A stretch of DNA of 64,000 nucleotides from an archaeon (GTDB taxonomy: Archaea > Undinarchaeota > CAZHTU01 > JBDRCC01), in assembly GCA_043822065.1 (NCBI GenBank), contig JBDRCC010000022.1:14189-78188 (forward strand), in the 5' to 3' direction. Shown here in pieces: positions 37,206 to 46,014 of this stretch. Every line of letters starts with the position of its first letter. Position 1 is the first letter of the stretch. Below the pieces are notes generated by a model. That model worked only from the letters and a program-made list of their open reading frames with translations. It was not told the DNA's origin and searched no databases. The position numbers and the translations under genes were made by a program.

Positions 37206-37653
37206 GGAGGCAACTGAGGATGAGGAAAAGTGGCTGCGCGAGCAGCTAAGGATGAAGCACTTCGGGACTTTGTTTCTTGAAGGCAAGAAGATAATTATCG
37301 CGAAGGGCAGGTGGAATGAGATTTATGCCGTAGACGAGAAGCTTTATGCAGTCTACAAGAGGATGAGGCGGCAGCCGTATTCGCTCGGCCTGCAAATAGG
37401 CGAGGGCAAGCGGGAGCTGAAGCCTGCGCTGCCGATTGCCAAGTACTGCAGGAACAAGATGAGCATAAGAAGCAGCCAGGAGAACCACATAACGTACGGC
37501 GGCGACCCCGCCCAAGAGGTCAAAGGCGTGCTTGACGGGGACTTTGTTGTCATGGTAAATGGCAGGGATGAGCCGCTCGGGTATGGAAAAGTCCAGCGCA
37601 ACAGAGTCAAGAACATAAAGGATATCGGCTGGTATCTGAGAGAAGGGGGGTAA
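37183..37653 (+). CDS. Nip7/PUA-like ribosome biogenesis protein
   Basis: PYSLG..IG, TYG.D and KNIKDIGWYLR motifs; follows NOP2 homolog; start uncertain. Confidence 0.7.
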   Translation: MQSSIRFEEATEDEEKWLREQLRMKHFGTLFLEGKKIIIAKGRWNEIYAVDEKLYAVYKRMRRQPYSLGLQIGEGKRELKPALPIAKYCRNKMSIRSSQENHITYGGDPAQEVKGVLDGDFVVMVNGRDEPLGYGKVQRNRVKNIKDIGWYLREGG

Positions 37654-37654
37654 A

Positions 37655-37894
37655 TTAAACCTTGATTGTAGTGTGAAGCCGTACAACTTTTACGCCAGAC
37701 ATTTTTTCTAATCTTTCACAGATTTGTGTAATCTCTTTTGGGGAATCAGCGCCAATCTTCAGTATCCAATCATATTCGCCAAAGAGGGGGTGGTATTCGA
37801 GTATGCCAAGCTCTTTGGACCTGTCATCAAGTTGTTTTTTAACAGCCATGCGTTTGCCGTCCTCTGCAGTAATAAAAAGGAATGCCAGCGCCAT
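37655..37894 (-). CDS. Lrp/AsnC ligand-binding (RAM) domain-only protein
   Basis: AFLFI, LFGEYDWILKI and GV..V pattern; no HTH. Confidence 0.8.
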   Translation of the reverse strand: MALAFLFITAEDGKRMAVKKQLDDRSKELGILEYHPLFGEYDWILKIGADSPKEITQICERLEKMSGVKVVRLHTTIKV

Positions 37895-37953
37895 GGAGGA
37901 TTATTGTAAAGACTATTATTAAATGTTTTCTATGAAAAACCATTAAATGGCAG

Positions 37954-38196
37954 CTAACGCTCTTTGCCAGTCAGGAGCTTTACTTCCAAAACGCCGCCTA
38001 AGCCGCGAACTTTTTCATATACCTTGCCGAGGTCAGCTATGGTTTGAGTTTCTACCTGCAGGAGAAAATCGTGTACTCCAGTAAGGGGGTATATCCGTAC
38101 TATCCCTAATTTGCTAGACATCCCGTCTAACCGCTTGTACACCGCATGGTTGCTGAGCTGGTTTTCTGTTTCGACTAACAGGAACGAGGTTATCAT
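37954..38196 (-). CDS. Lrp/AsnC ligand-binding (RAM) domain-only protein
   Basis: SFLLV, LTGVHDFLLQV and GGV pattern; paralog of neighbour. Confidence 0.8.
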   Translation of the reverse strand: MITSFLLVETENQLSNHAVYKRLDGMSSKLGIVRIYPLTGVHDFLLQVETQTIADLGKVYEKVRGLGGVLEVKLLTGKER

Positions 38197-38273
38197 ATAT
38201 TAGGATTCTCAGAATAAGTATTAAATGCGTTCTATAGAAAAACCATTTAAAGGGCGGCGGTTAATTACTGCGC

Positions 38274-38981
38274 ATGGCAGACAAAGTACAGAAAGGGGAT
38301 TTTGTAAAAATAGATTATGTCGGCAGGATAAAGGCGACGAACAGGATTTTCGACCTGACCGATGAGGCTCTCGCCAAGAAGGAGAACATTTACGACAAAG
38401 AGCAGGAGTACAAGCCTAAGACGGTTGTTGTTGGTGCGCGTCACATAATCCACGGGCTTGACGAAAAGATTGACGGGCTGGAGATTGGGAAAAAGGTGAC
38501 TATAGACGTCGCCCCATCTAACGGCTTTGGCTCGCGAAACCCTGAGTTCATCAAAGTGTTTCCGGTGAACCGGTTCAAGGACCAGAAGGTCCCTCTGGTG
38601 CCTGGCGCCCCGGTGCAGATTGGCGGCATACCGGGCACCATCTCGTCTGTCTCCGGCGGAAGGGTCAGGGTTGACTTCAACCACCCGCTCGCAGGCAGGG
38701 AGCTAGCTTATGAGATAACGGTCGTAGGGAAAATCACCGACAAAAAGGAAAAGGTAAACGGCCTGCTTGACCTGCATTACGGCGCTGGCAATTTTGGGAT
38801 AAATTTCGAGGGGAAAAACCTTGAGATAACTATTCCAGACGATGTTAAGCAGGAGTGGATGCGGGCGAAGAGTTCCGTAATAAGCGACGCGCTTGAGTAC
38901 CTTGGGGTAGAAAAAGTAAGGCTAATTGAGGAGTTCCAGAGGAGAAAGGAGCCCTCGAAAAAAGAGAGCCAGAAGAAGTAG
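38274..38981 (+). CDS. FKBP-type peptidyl-prolyl isomerase (SlyD-like, archaeal long form)
   Basis: GDFVKIDY.GR and VRVDFNHPLAG..L.Y motifs. Confidence 0.92.
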   Translation: MADKVQKGDFVKIDYVGRIKATNRIFDLTDEALAKKENIYDKEQEYKPKTVVVGARHIIHGLDEKIDGLEIGKKVTIDVAPSNGFGSRNPEFIKVFPVNRFKDQKVPLVPGAPVQIGGIPGTISSVSGGRVRVDFNHPLAGRELAYEITVVGKITDKKEKVNGLLDLHYGAGNFGINFEGKNLEITIPDDVKQEWMRAKSSVISDALEYLGVEKVRLIEEFQRRKEPSKKESQKK

Positions 38982-39086
38982 ATTTGCCTCCCAAAAGAAA
39001 AGCATAAAAGGAAGGAAACCCTTAAATATGTGGCAAATCTAAGAAGTTTGCTATTTACGATTGCCTACTGTTAGGGAGGAATTAAA

Positions 39087-40211
39087 GTGGAAACCATAAT
39101 CAAAACAGCCGTGAAGAAAAGTGAAGGGCCAACGCCGATAAAAGTCGCGAGGGGCTCTTCGAGGGAAGACAAGAGTCTTGAAGACCTTTTGATGAGCCAC
39201 CGGACAAGAATAAGGGTAATCGGCGCTGGCGGTGCCGGAAACAACACCCTTTCCCGGCTTATGGAAGTTGGAATAAAGGGCACGGAAGCCATTGCGGTCA
39301 ACACAGACGCGCAGGACCTTCTCTACACACGCGCTGACAAGAAGATTCTCATTGGAAAGGAGACCACTGAAGGCCTCGGCGCAGGCTCTGACCCTAAAGT
39401 TGGAGAAGCTGCCGCGAAGGAGACTGAGAGTGAAATAAAGGCTGCACTTGCCGGCTCGGACATGGTATTCCTCACATGCGGTCTCGGCGGGGGAACTGGC
39501 ACAGGTGCAATCCCGGTAATTGCTGAAATCGCAAAGAAATCTGGCGCACTCACCATAGCAGTAGTAACACTCCCATTCACAGTAGAAGGCATGATGCGGT
39601 GGGAAAACGCCAGGAACGGCCTCGAGAGGCTGCGCAAGGTAGCGGACACGGTGATTCTGATACCAAACGACAAGCTGCTTGAGCTCGTGCCGGAGCTTCC
39701 GCTGAACGCGGCGTTCAAGGTCGCGGACGAAATACTCGTCAACGCCGTAAAGGGCATTGCTGAGCTCGTCACGGAGGAGGGCCTCGTCAACCTCGACTTC
39801 GCCGACATAAAGGCGATAATGAAGGACGGCGGGACTGCAATGATAGGGCTCGGAGAGTCCGACACCGAGAACAGGGCAATTGACTCTGTCGAGAAGGCAC
39901 TGCTCAACCCGCTGCTCGATGTTGACATCAACGGCGCGAAGGGCGCCCTGATAAACATAACGGGCGGAGCTGATATGTCGCTAAAAGACGCGAGAATTGT
40001 CATGGAGACAATCTCAGAGAAGCTCGACCCGGCCGCAAGGGTAATATGGGGCGCAAGAATCGACAAGGAGCTCCAGAACCTGATGCGTGTAATGCTGATT
40101 GTTACCGGCCTCAGGCCCCAGGCGCAGATTATTCCTGGCGGCATGCCGATTTCAATAGGGGAGAAGAGAACAGCAATGGAGGAAGAATACGGAATAGATT
40201 TCGTAGTCTAG
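39087..40211 (+). CDS. ftsZ: Cell division protein FtsZ
   Basis: GAGGAGNN, NTDAQDL, GLGGGTGTG and NLDFAD motifs. Confidence 0.98.
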   Translation: METIIKTAVKKSEGPTPIKVARGSSREDKSLEDLLMSHRTRIRVIGAGGAGNNTLSRLMEVGIKGTEAIAVNTDAQDLLYTRADKKILIGKETTEGLGAGSDPKVGEAAAKETESEIKAALAGSDMVFLTCGLGGGTGTGAIPVIAEIAKKSGALTIAVVTLPFTVEGMMRWENARNGLERLRKVADTVILIPNDKLLELVPELPLNAAFKVADEILVNAVKGIAELVTEEGLVNLDFADIKAIMKDGGTAMIGLGESDTENRAIDSVEKALLNPLLDVDINGAKGALINITGGADMSLKDARIVMETISEKLDPAARVIWGARIDKELQNLMRVMLIVTGLRPQAQIIPGGMPISIGEKRTAMEEEYGIDFVV

Positions 40212-40215
40212 CCCC

Positions 40216-40383
40216 ATGCCCCTGAAAGAATATCTTGACTACAAGGAATACAAGAGGGTATTGCAGATAACGCGCAAGCCTGACATGAATGAGTCAAAGA
40301 TAATCATAAAGGCGACGAGCGTGGGGATGATGGTAATCGGGGCAATCGGCTTCGTCATTGCTATTATTGCTACAGTACTATGA
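40216..40383 (+). CDS. secE: Protein translocase SecE/Sec61-gamma
   Basis: Manual translation: KEYKRVLQITRKP...GMMVIGAIGFVI; ftsZ-secE-spt5 synteny. Confidence 0.92.
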   Translation: MPLKEYLDYKEYKRVLQITRKPDMNESKIIIKATSVGMMVIGAIGFVIAIIATVL

Positions 40384-41135
40384 GTGAACAGGAAAACCAG
40401 GATAACTCGGCGGCAGGCGGAACTGTCGCAGAAGAGACTGAAGAGAAGTTCGAGGCTAATGTCAAGAAGGTCAACAAGGAGATTGAAGAGGTCACCGAAG
40501 AGCTTGAGGAGATGAGCCAGCAAGTCGAAAAGCTTGAGCTCCCGAAGTTAAAGGAATCGGAGACGCTGTGGGACGTCAAAAAAGCTGAAGTGCCCCCTGC
40601 GCCGAAGGGCGCACAGGACGAGGAGCCGGAACCGGCCAAGGAAGCCCCGACGGACAGCCGCCTTTACGCTATAAGGACTACGGTCGGCAAGGAAGGCACA
40701 GTAGCCGACTTCATAAGCAACAGGGTAAAACAGGAAAAGCTTGTAGTCAGGTCAGTCATAGCCCCTGCCGCGCTCAAGGGATACGTAATACTCGAGTCCC
40801 CTGACAAGGGCGAAGTGAGCAAGGCGGTCCTGAACATACAGCACGTACGCGGCCTTATTGCGGGCGAGGTCCAGTTCGACGAAATAATCCACTACCTTGA
40901 GGCGAAAGCGGCCAAGGAGATACCTGAAAAGGCGCTTGTCGAGCTCATAAGCGGCCCGTTCAAGGGCGAAAAGGCAAAGGTTGTTAGGGTCGACAAGTCA
41001 AAGGACTCGATAACTGTCGAGCTCATAGAGGCGACAGTCCCAATACCGCTGACTGTAAAAATGGACGCAGTAAGGGTCCTTGCTGCGAGCACTGACGTTC
41101 TTGAAGATAAGAAGCTGATAGCGCAGGAGGAATAG
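40380..41135 (+). CDS. spt5: Transcription elongation factor Spt5 with acidic N-terminal extension
   Basis: YAIRTTVGKE, LKGYVILE and VELISGPFKGEKAKV (KOW) motifs. Confidence 0.93.
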   Translation: MSEQENQDNSAAGGTVAEETEEKFEANVKKVNKEIEEVTEELEEMSQQVEKLELPKLKESETLWDVKKAEVPPAPKGAQDEEPEPAKEAPTDSRLYAIRTTVGKEGTVADFISNRVKQEKLVVRSVIAPAALKGYVILESPDKGEVSKAVLNIQHVRGLIAGEVQFDEIIHYLEAKAAKEIPEKALVELISGPFKGEKAKVVRVDKSKDSITVELIEATVPIPLTVKMDAVRVLAASTDVLEDKKLIAQEE

Positions 41136-41615
41136 ATGAAGAAACAGACAGTCGATGTTATGGTTGAGGGCGGCAAGGCATCCGCCGGAGCCACGATGGG
41201 CTCTGCCCTCGGGCCGCTTGGGGTTAACATCGGGCAGATAATCGCAAAGATAAACGAGAAGACCAAGGAATTTTCCGGGATGAAGGTCCCCGTAAAGATA
41301 ATAGTCGACCCAAAGACGAAGGAGTTCGACATAGAGGTCGGAACGCCGCCAACGTCTGCGCTCATAACAAAGGAGCTTAACATCCAGAAGGGCGCCGGAG
41401 ACCAGAAGATGATAGTCGGCAACCTGAAGTTCGAAAGCGCGGTAAAGATAGCCAAAATGAAGGGCGATTCGCTCTCGGGCAAAACTCTCGCTAAGAAGGT
41501 CAAAGAGATAATAGGGACCTGCAAGAGCATGGGCGTCACAGTCGAAGGCAAAGACCCAACGCAGGTGCAGCATGAGATTGATTCCGGCGACTACAATTCA
41601 AAGCTCTCTGCCTGA
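41136..41615 (+). CDS. rpl11: 50S ribosomal protein L11
   Basis: [23 protein letters not shown] and GTCKSMGV motifs. Confidence 0.97.
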   Translation: MKKQTVDVMVEGGKASAGATMGSALGPLGVNIGQIIAKINEKTKEFSGMKVPVKIIVDPKTKEFDIEVGTPPTSALITKELNIQKGAGDQKMIVGNLKFESAVKIAKMKGDSLSGKTLAKKVKEIIGTCKSMGVTVEGKDPTQVQHEIDSGDYNSKLSA

Positions 41616-41657
41616 GAAATATTTATAAACACCATTTCCCACAGTCTTATAGGGAAT

Positions 41658-42197
41658 ATGCACTGGCACAGGGAATTCGCAATCGGGCTGTATTTTATCG
41701 GAGTAATGGTAGGCATAGCCGGGGGCTTTCTCCTGTGGGGCAATGACTCCGTGCAGGCAATGGAGTACAAGGTTGCCCCGCTGGCAGTATTGCCGGAGTA
41801 CGCACTCCAGGCAGAGGACCAGCCAGCAGGCGAGGCTTTTGAGAAGTCGTGGTCATATTACATGCCGGAAAAAACCAAGTGCCATAACAACGGTGATGGG
41901 ACGTCAAGGTGCGACGTTTACTTCAGCATAGAAAGCAAGCGGCTTTACTCCCAGGACACCTCAGAGTGCTGCAACAGCATGTACCCGACCATAAAGACTG
42001 GCGACGGCGTCCTGATGGTTGACGCCGCTGGGCAGGAGCTGCGGGCTGGCATGATAGTCGTCCACGACGGCATCCGCCACAGGATTATTTCGATAGACGG
42101 GGATATGGTAACGACCAAAGGGGACAATAATGACTACCCTGACGAGCCAGTCCACATCTCCCAAATAGAAGCAATAGTCGTCGGCATCCTCGAGTAA
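41658..42197 (+). CDS. S26 signal-peptidase-like protein
   Basis: N-terminal TM; NSMYPT..GD, HRII and TKGDNN motifs. Confidence 0.8.
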   Translation: MHWHREFAIGLYFIGVMVGIAGGFLLWGNDSVQAMEYKVAPLAVLPEYALQAEDQPAGEAFEKSWSYYMPEKTKCHNNGDGTSRCDVYFSIESKRLYSQDTSECCNSMYPTIKTGDGVLMVDAAGQELRAGMIVVHDGIRHRIISIDGDMVTTKGDNNDYPDEPVHISQIEAIVVGILE

Positions 42198-42249
42198 AAG
42201 AAACCAGCGGATAGAAAATTGTTTTAAGCTTCTTGACATTCAGTTCAGC

Positions 42250-43011
42250 GTGGAGATTGAGATAGACCTGAAAAAGTCGGCATTCGAAAACGCCGCCGAC
42301 TATTTTGAGCGGGGAAAAAAGCTGAAAAAAAAGCTCGAGGGCGCGACGGAGGCGCTGAGGAACGCAAAGTTCCAGCACGCTGACGCCTCGAAGGAGCTCA
42401 AAAAGGAGAAAGAGAAGAAGAAAAAAAGGAAATGGTACGACGCGTTCAGGCACTTTTTCACCTCAGAGGGCATGCTAGTGGTTGCAGGCAAAGACGCGCG
42501 CTCGAACGAGGAGCTTGTCAAAAAGCATCTTGAAAAGGGCGACATTGTTTTCCATGCAGACATAATAGGCGCGGCATTCGCAGTAATAAAGGCCCAAGGG
42601 AAAGCCGCTGGCGACGCCAGCCTTGAAGAGGCAGCACAGTTTGCGGCGTCATACTCGCGCGCCTGGCTGCGGGGGCTCGGCGCGATGGACGTCTACTGGG
42701 TAACGCCAGAGCAGGTGACGAAGCACGCCCCATCCGGGGAGTACCTCGGGAGGGGGGCATTCATGATTGAGGGAAAAAAGAACTATTTCCATGACGTAGA
42801 GCTTGCACTGTCATTCGGCGAAAGGGATGGGGCGCTTGTATGGGGACCAGATAAAACGGTCAGGAGGGTCTGCGAAAGGGCAGTGACTGTAAAGCCAGGG
42901 GATGTGCCTGCAAAAGAGCTTGCCGCAGGAATCAAGAAGCAGGTGGGGGTTGGCGAGGCAGGGGAAATTGAGAGGCTCATACCATACGGAAAAGGCAGTT
43001 TTAGGCGGTAA
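42250..43011 (+). CDS. NFACT RNA-binding (DUF814) domain protein, short Rqc2-like
   Basis: ENA..YF, KWYDAFR.F.TS, GKDA.SNE, FHADI.GA and SGEYL..GAFMI.G motifs. Confidence 0.88.
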   Translation: MEIEIDLKKSAFENAADYFERGKKLKKKLEGATEALRNAKFQHADASKELKKEKEKKKKRKWYDAFRHFFTSEGMLVVAGKDARSNEELVKKHLEKGDIVFHADIIGAAFAVIKAQGKAAGDASLEEAAQFAASYSRAWLRGLGAMDVYWVTPEQVTKHAPSGEYLGRGAFMIEGKKNYFHDVELALSFGERDGALVWGPDKTVRRVCERAVTVKPGDVPAKELAAGIKKQVGVGEAGEIERLIPYGKGSFRR

Positions 43012-43060
43012 AGAGGCATTCTCGATATTTATAAAAAGAATTTTCACTAACTCCTAAAGC

Positions 43061-43870
43061 ATGGATAAGCCCGAACTCAGGGAGAGCAGGAACCAGCTCC
43101 TGGATGAGAAAAGGAAGCTCATAGAGGAAACCAGGTCCATTTCAGACCAGATGAATGCGCTCAGGGAGGAGGCTGCCAAGCTGAAGAAGGAGAGGGACGA
43201 GCTGAACGCCCTCGTAAAGGACAGCAAGACAGAACGCGAACTGGCGAACAAGAAGATGAAGAGCATCGGCATGCCGAATGTCGATTTTGGGGTTTACAGG
43301 GGGCTTGACGGGACTGAGGCGCTGAAGAAAGAGCTGGAGGGCCTTGAATGGACCTACCAGACAAGCTCGCTTACGCCTGAAAAGGACAAGAAGATGGCTA
43401 AGAAGATTACAGAGCTCCAGGAGCTCCTGAAAATTGCGCAGGAGAGGGACTCCAAGAGAAAAGAGGTTAGGGAGAAAATGGGGACAAGCGAAAACGTGAG
43501 GAAGGAGCAGAAGGCGTTCCATATGAGTGTTCTAAGGTATGCAGAGGAATCTGAAAAGCGCCACAAGAAGCTGATGGAAAACTACCGGAAGCTTGACGAG
43601 CTCAAAAAGAGGAAAGGGGAGATAAGCAACAGCCTGGACGGGCTGAAGGGAAAAGTAGACGGCATAAACGACCAGCTGCTGAGCAGGGAGGAGAAGGAAG
43701 CCATTGAAAGGCGCAAAGAAGCCAATAGAAAGATGCAGGACGAGGTCAGGATCATAGCTGAGAAATACAAGCACGTAAAGATGAAGCTTGACAATGGTGG
43801 GATACTCACCAAGGACGACTTTCTGATACTCCAGAGGTACGAGCAGCATAATGAACAAAAAGAGGCTTGA
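43061..43870 (+). CDS. Archaeal coiled-coil protein (COG1340-like)
   Basis: RDELNA.VK, LEW.YQTS.LT...DK and G..LT.DD pattern. Confidence 0.75.
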   Translation: MDKPELRESRNQLLDEKRKLIEETRSISDQMNALREEAAKLKKERDELNALVKDSKTERELANKKMKSIGMPNVDFGVYRGLDGTEALKKELEGLEWTYQTSSLTPEKDKKMAKKITELQELLKIAQERDSKRKEVREKMGTSENVRKEQKAFHMSVLRYAEESEKRHKKLMENYRKLDELKKRKGEISNSLDGLKGKVDGINDQLLSREEKEAIERRKEANRKMQDEVRIIAEKYKHVKMKLDNGGILTKDDFLILQRYEQHNEQKEA

Positions 43871-44951
43871 GCAGACGCTCATAGACCTTATAAGAATACA
43901 GAGCACCAGCGGCAATGAGGGTGCGATAGCAGATTATGTCGTCCATGAATTCTCAAAGATAGGCTACAGGGCATCAATTGACAAAGAGGGCAATGTTTAC
44001 GCGGAGGCGGGCCGCGGAAAAAAGAGCCTGATGTTTAACGCGCATTTGGATACTGTCCCGCCCCACCCGGGGATGAAAAGGCCATATGAGCCTGCGAAGC
44101 GCGGCAGGAGGGTATACGGGCTGGGCGCGACGGACTGCAAGGCAGGGATTGCCTGCATAATCGAGCTTGCCAGAAGCATTCCTCCGGAGGGAAAGCTAAA
44201 GTTCCTTTTCACGGTCAGGGAGGAGTCATCGGCATCCGGTCGGCCGAGAGGGAGCATATCCGCCTCAAAAAAGCACATGGCAGACTTCTGCATAGTTGCG
44301 GAGCCCACATACAAGGAGAAAGTCCCGCAGGTCGCCGCCGGCGCCAGGGGGCGGACTCTTCTGAAAATAGACGTCAAGGGCAAGAGCAGCCACTCGTCCA
44401 GGCCGGAGGACGGCGTAAACGCCATAGAGGAGGCGATGAAGCTTTTCAAGAAGCTTGAAAAAGTGTATCTCAACAAAAGGAGATACCACGACGTGATCCT
44501 CCACGAAACGCTTTCCGTAGTTAACATGGAAGTAAAGAGCACTGCGAACAACGTAATCCCGGACAACTGCAGGATTACCGTCGACTACAGGACTTTGCCA
44601 GGGAGGAAAGACGCACTTAAGGTCATTAAAAGGCTAATAAGCGAGGCGGGGGTCAAGGCAAAGCCGCACGTCGTATTCAGCTCCCCTGGATACGTGCTGA
44701 TGAATGAAATAAAGCCGCTTGGGCAGCTAAGGAGCGCCCTGCATGATGAGTTTGGAGGGGCGCCGGTTACCAGCATAGCGTTGGGAAAGGCGGATGCCGA
44801 GTACTTCCACCGTGCAGGCACGAAAACGGTAATATGCGGACCTGGCATCAGCAGGCTGTGCCATTCTGCGGACGAATATGCGCGAGTGGACTTGATGGCT
44901 AAGTGGACAACCGCAGTCGAGAGTTTTGTCAAAAATTATTTCAACGGATAG
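43851..44951 (+). CDS. M20 family peptidase/deacylase (ArgE/DapE/LysK-like)
   Basis: NAHLDTV, GLGATDCK, EE, AEP, HSS.P..GVNAI and H..DEY motifs. Confidence 0.9.
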   Translation: MNKKRLEQTLIDLIRIQSTSGNEGAIADYVVHEFSKIGYRASIDKEGNVYAEAGRGKKSLMFNAHLDTVPPHPGMKRPYEPAKRGRRVYGLGATDCKAGIACIIELARSIPPEGKLKFLFTVREESSASGRPRGSISASKKHMADFCIVAEPTYKEKVPQVAAGARGRTLLKIDVKGKSSHSSRPEDGVNAIEEAMKLFKKLEKVYLNKRRYHDVILHETLSVVNMEVKSTANNVIPDNCRITVDYRTLPGRKDALKVIKRLISEAGVKAKPHVVFSSPGYVLMNEIKPLGQLRSALHDEFGGAPVTSIALGKADAEYFHRAGTKTVICGPGISRLCHSADEYARVDLMAKWTTAVESFVKNYFNG

Positions 44952-44966
44952 GAGTTAAAAAGCGCG

Positions 44967-45962
44967 ATGAAAGTAAAAAGGACGTCGGTGATAAGGCGGA
45001 TTGCGAGAGGTGACCTTGACGAGGTGAGGCGCGTGAGGCGCAAGCCGACGAGCGGCGACGTCGTGAAAGTCAACGTATCCAAGATTGGCTTCTGCAAGCA
45101 CTTTGAGAATGTGCATGGGAGGCTCGGGATGTTTTTCAGGAACAACGAGCTCTACTGCGCGATGGGGACGAGGTACGCAACGGCAGAGTACGAGGCAATA
45201 GTCCCTGGCAAGACGCCCAAGACCCTTGACCTCCTGAATGCGGGAGGCGTCTGCGGAAAAGTCATAGGCAGGAACGTGATGGTGTCCGAGCCTACGAAGC
45301 TTGAGTTTGAGGGCTATGTAGTCAAGGGGAGCCATGTGGTGAATATCGCAGACTATGCGCTGCCAGTCCTGAAAAAGAAAAAAATTCCAACCATATTTGT
45401 AGTCGGCAGCGATATGGACTCTGGAAAAACAACGACCGCAGGCACGATAATCAGCTCCCTGGTTGACGGCGGGTTCAGGGTAAATGGCGGCAAGGTTACC
45501 GGAGTTGCCAGGGTGAGGGACATCTACTCGATGAAGGACGCAGGCGCCTCAAAGATAGCGGACATAATAGACGCAGGACGGAGCTCGACCTACCTCCTGA
45601 ATATCGACGAGCTCATGGACACGTTCTGGAGGATACACACCAACCTGGCGAAGGACGACCCGGATTACATTGTTCTGGAGATTGCAGACGGCATATTTGA
45701 GAAGGAAAACGAGATGCTGCTGAAGAACGAGGACCTCCGCAGGATGATAAGCAAGCTAGTTTTTGCAGCAGGGGATGCCATAGGCGCACAGGGAGGGGTA
45801 AGGTACCTGAACGAGCACTACAGGCTCAATGTAGACGCAGTCTCAGGCATATTCTCAAACTCGGCGCTTTCAAAGAGGGAGCTTGGCAGGAAGATAAGCG
45901 TCCCGATATTCAGCAACCTCCCTGAAGAAGAGGAGGGAGTAGTCGAGTTGCTGACCAAATAG
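44967..45962 (+). CDS. DUF1611-like P-loop protein
   Basis: VVGSDMDSGKTT, KVTG...RD, DAG..STY and LEIADG motifs. Confidence 0.7.
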   Translation: MKVKRTSVIRRIARGDLDEVRRVRRKPTSGDVVKVNVSKIGFCKHFENVHGRLGMFFRNNELYCAMGTRYATAEYEAIVPGKTPKTLDLLNAGGVCGKVIGRNVMVSEPTKLEFEGYVVKGSHVVNIADYALPVLKKKKIPTIFVVGSDMDSGKTTTAGTIISSLVDGGFRVNGGKVTGVARVRDIYSMKDAGASKIADIIDAGRSSTYLLNIDELMDTFWRIHTNLAKDDPDYIVLEIADGIFEKENEMLLKNEDLRRMISKLVFAAGDAIGAQGGVRYLNEHYRLNVDAVSGIFSNSALSKRELGRKISVPIFSNLPEEEEGVVELLTK

Positions 45963-46014
45963 CGGCAAGGTGCTCTTTGGCTAAATTTATATAGCCGCCG
46001 GAAAAGAGGTTATT

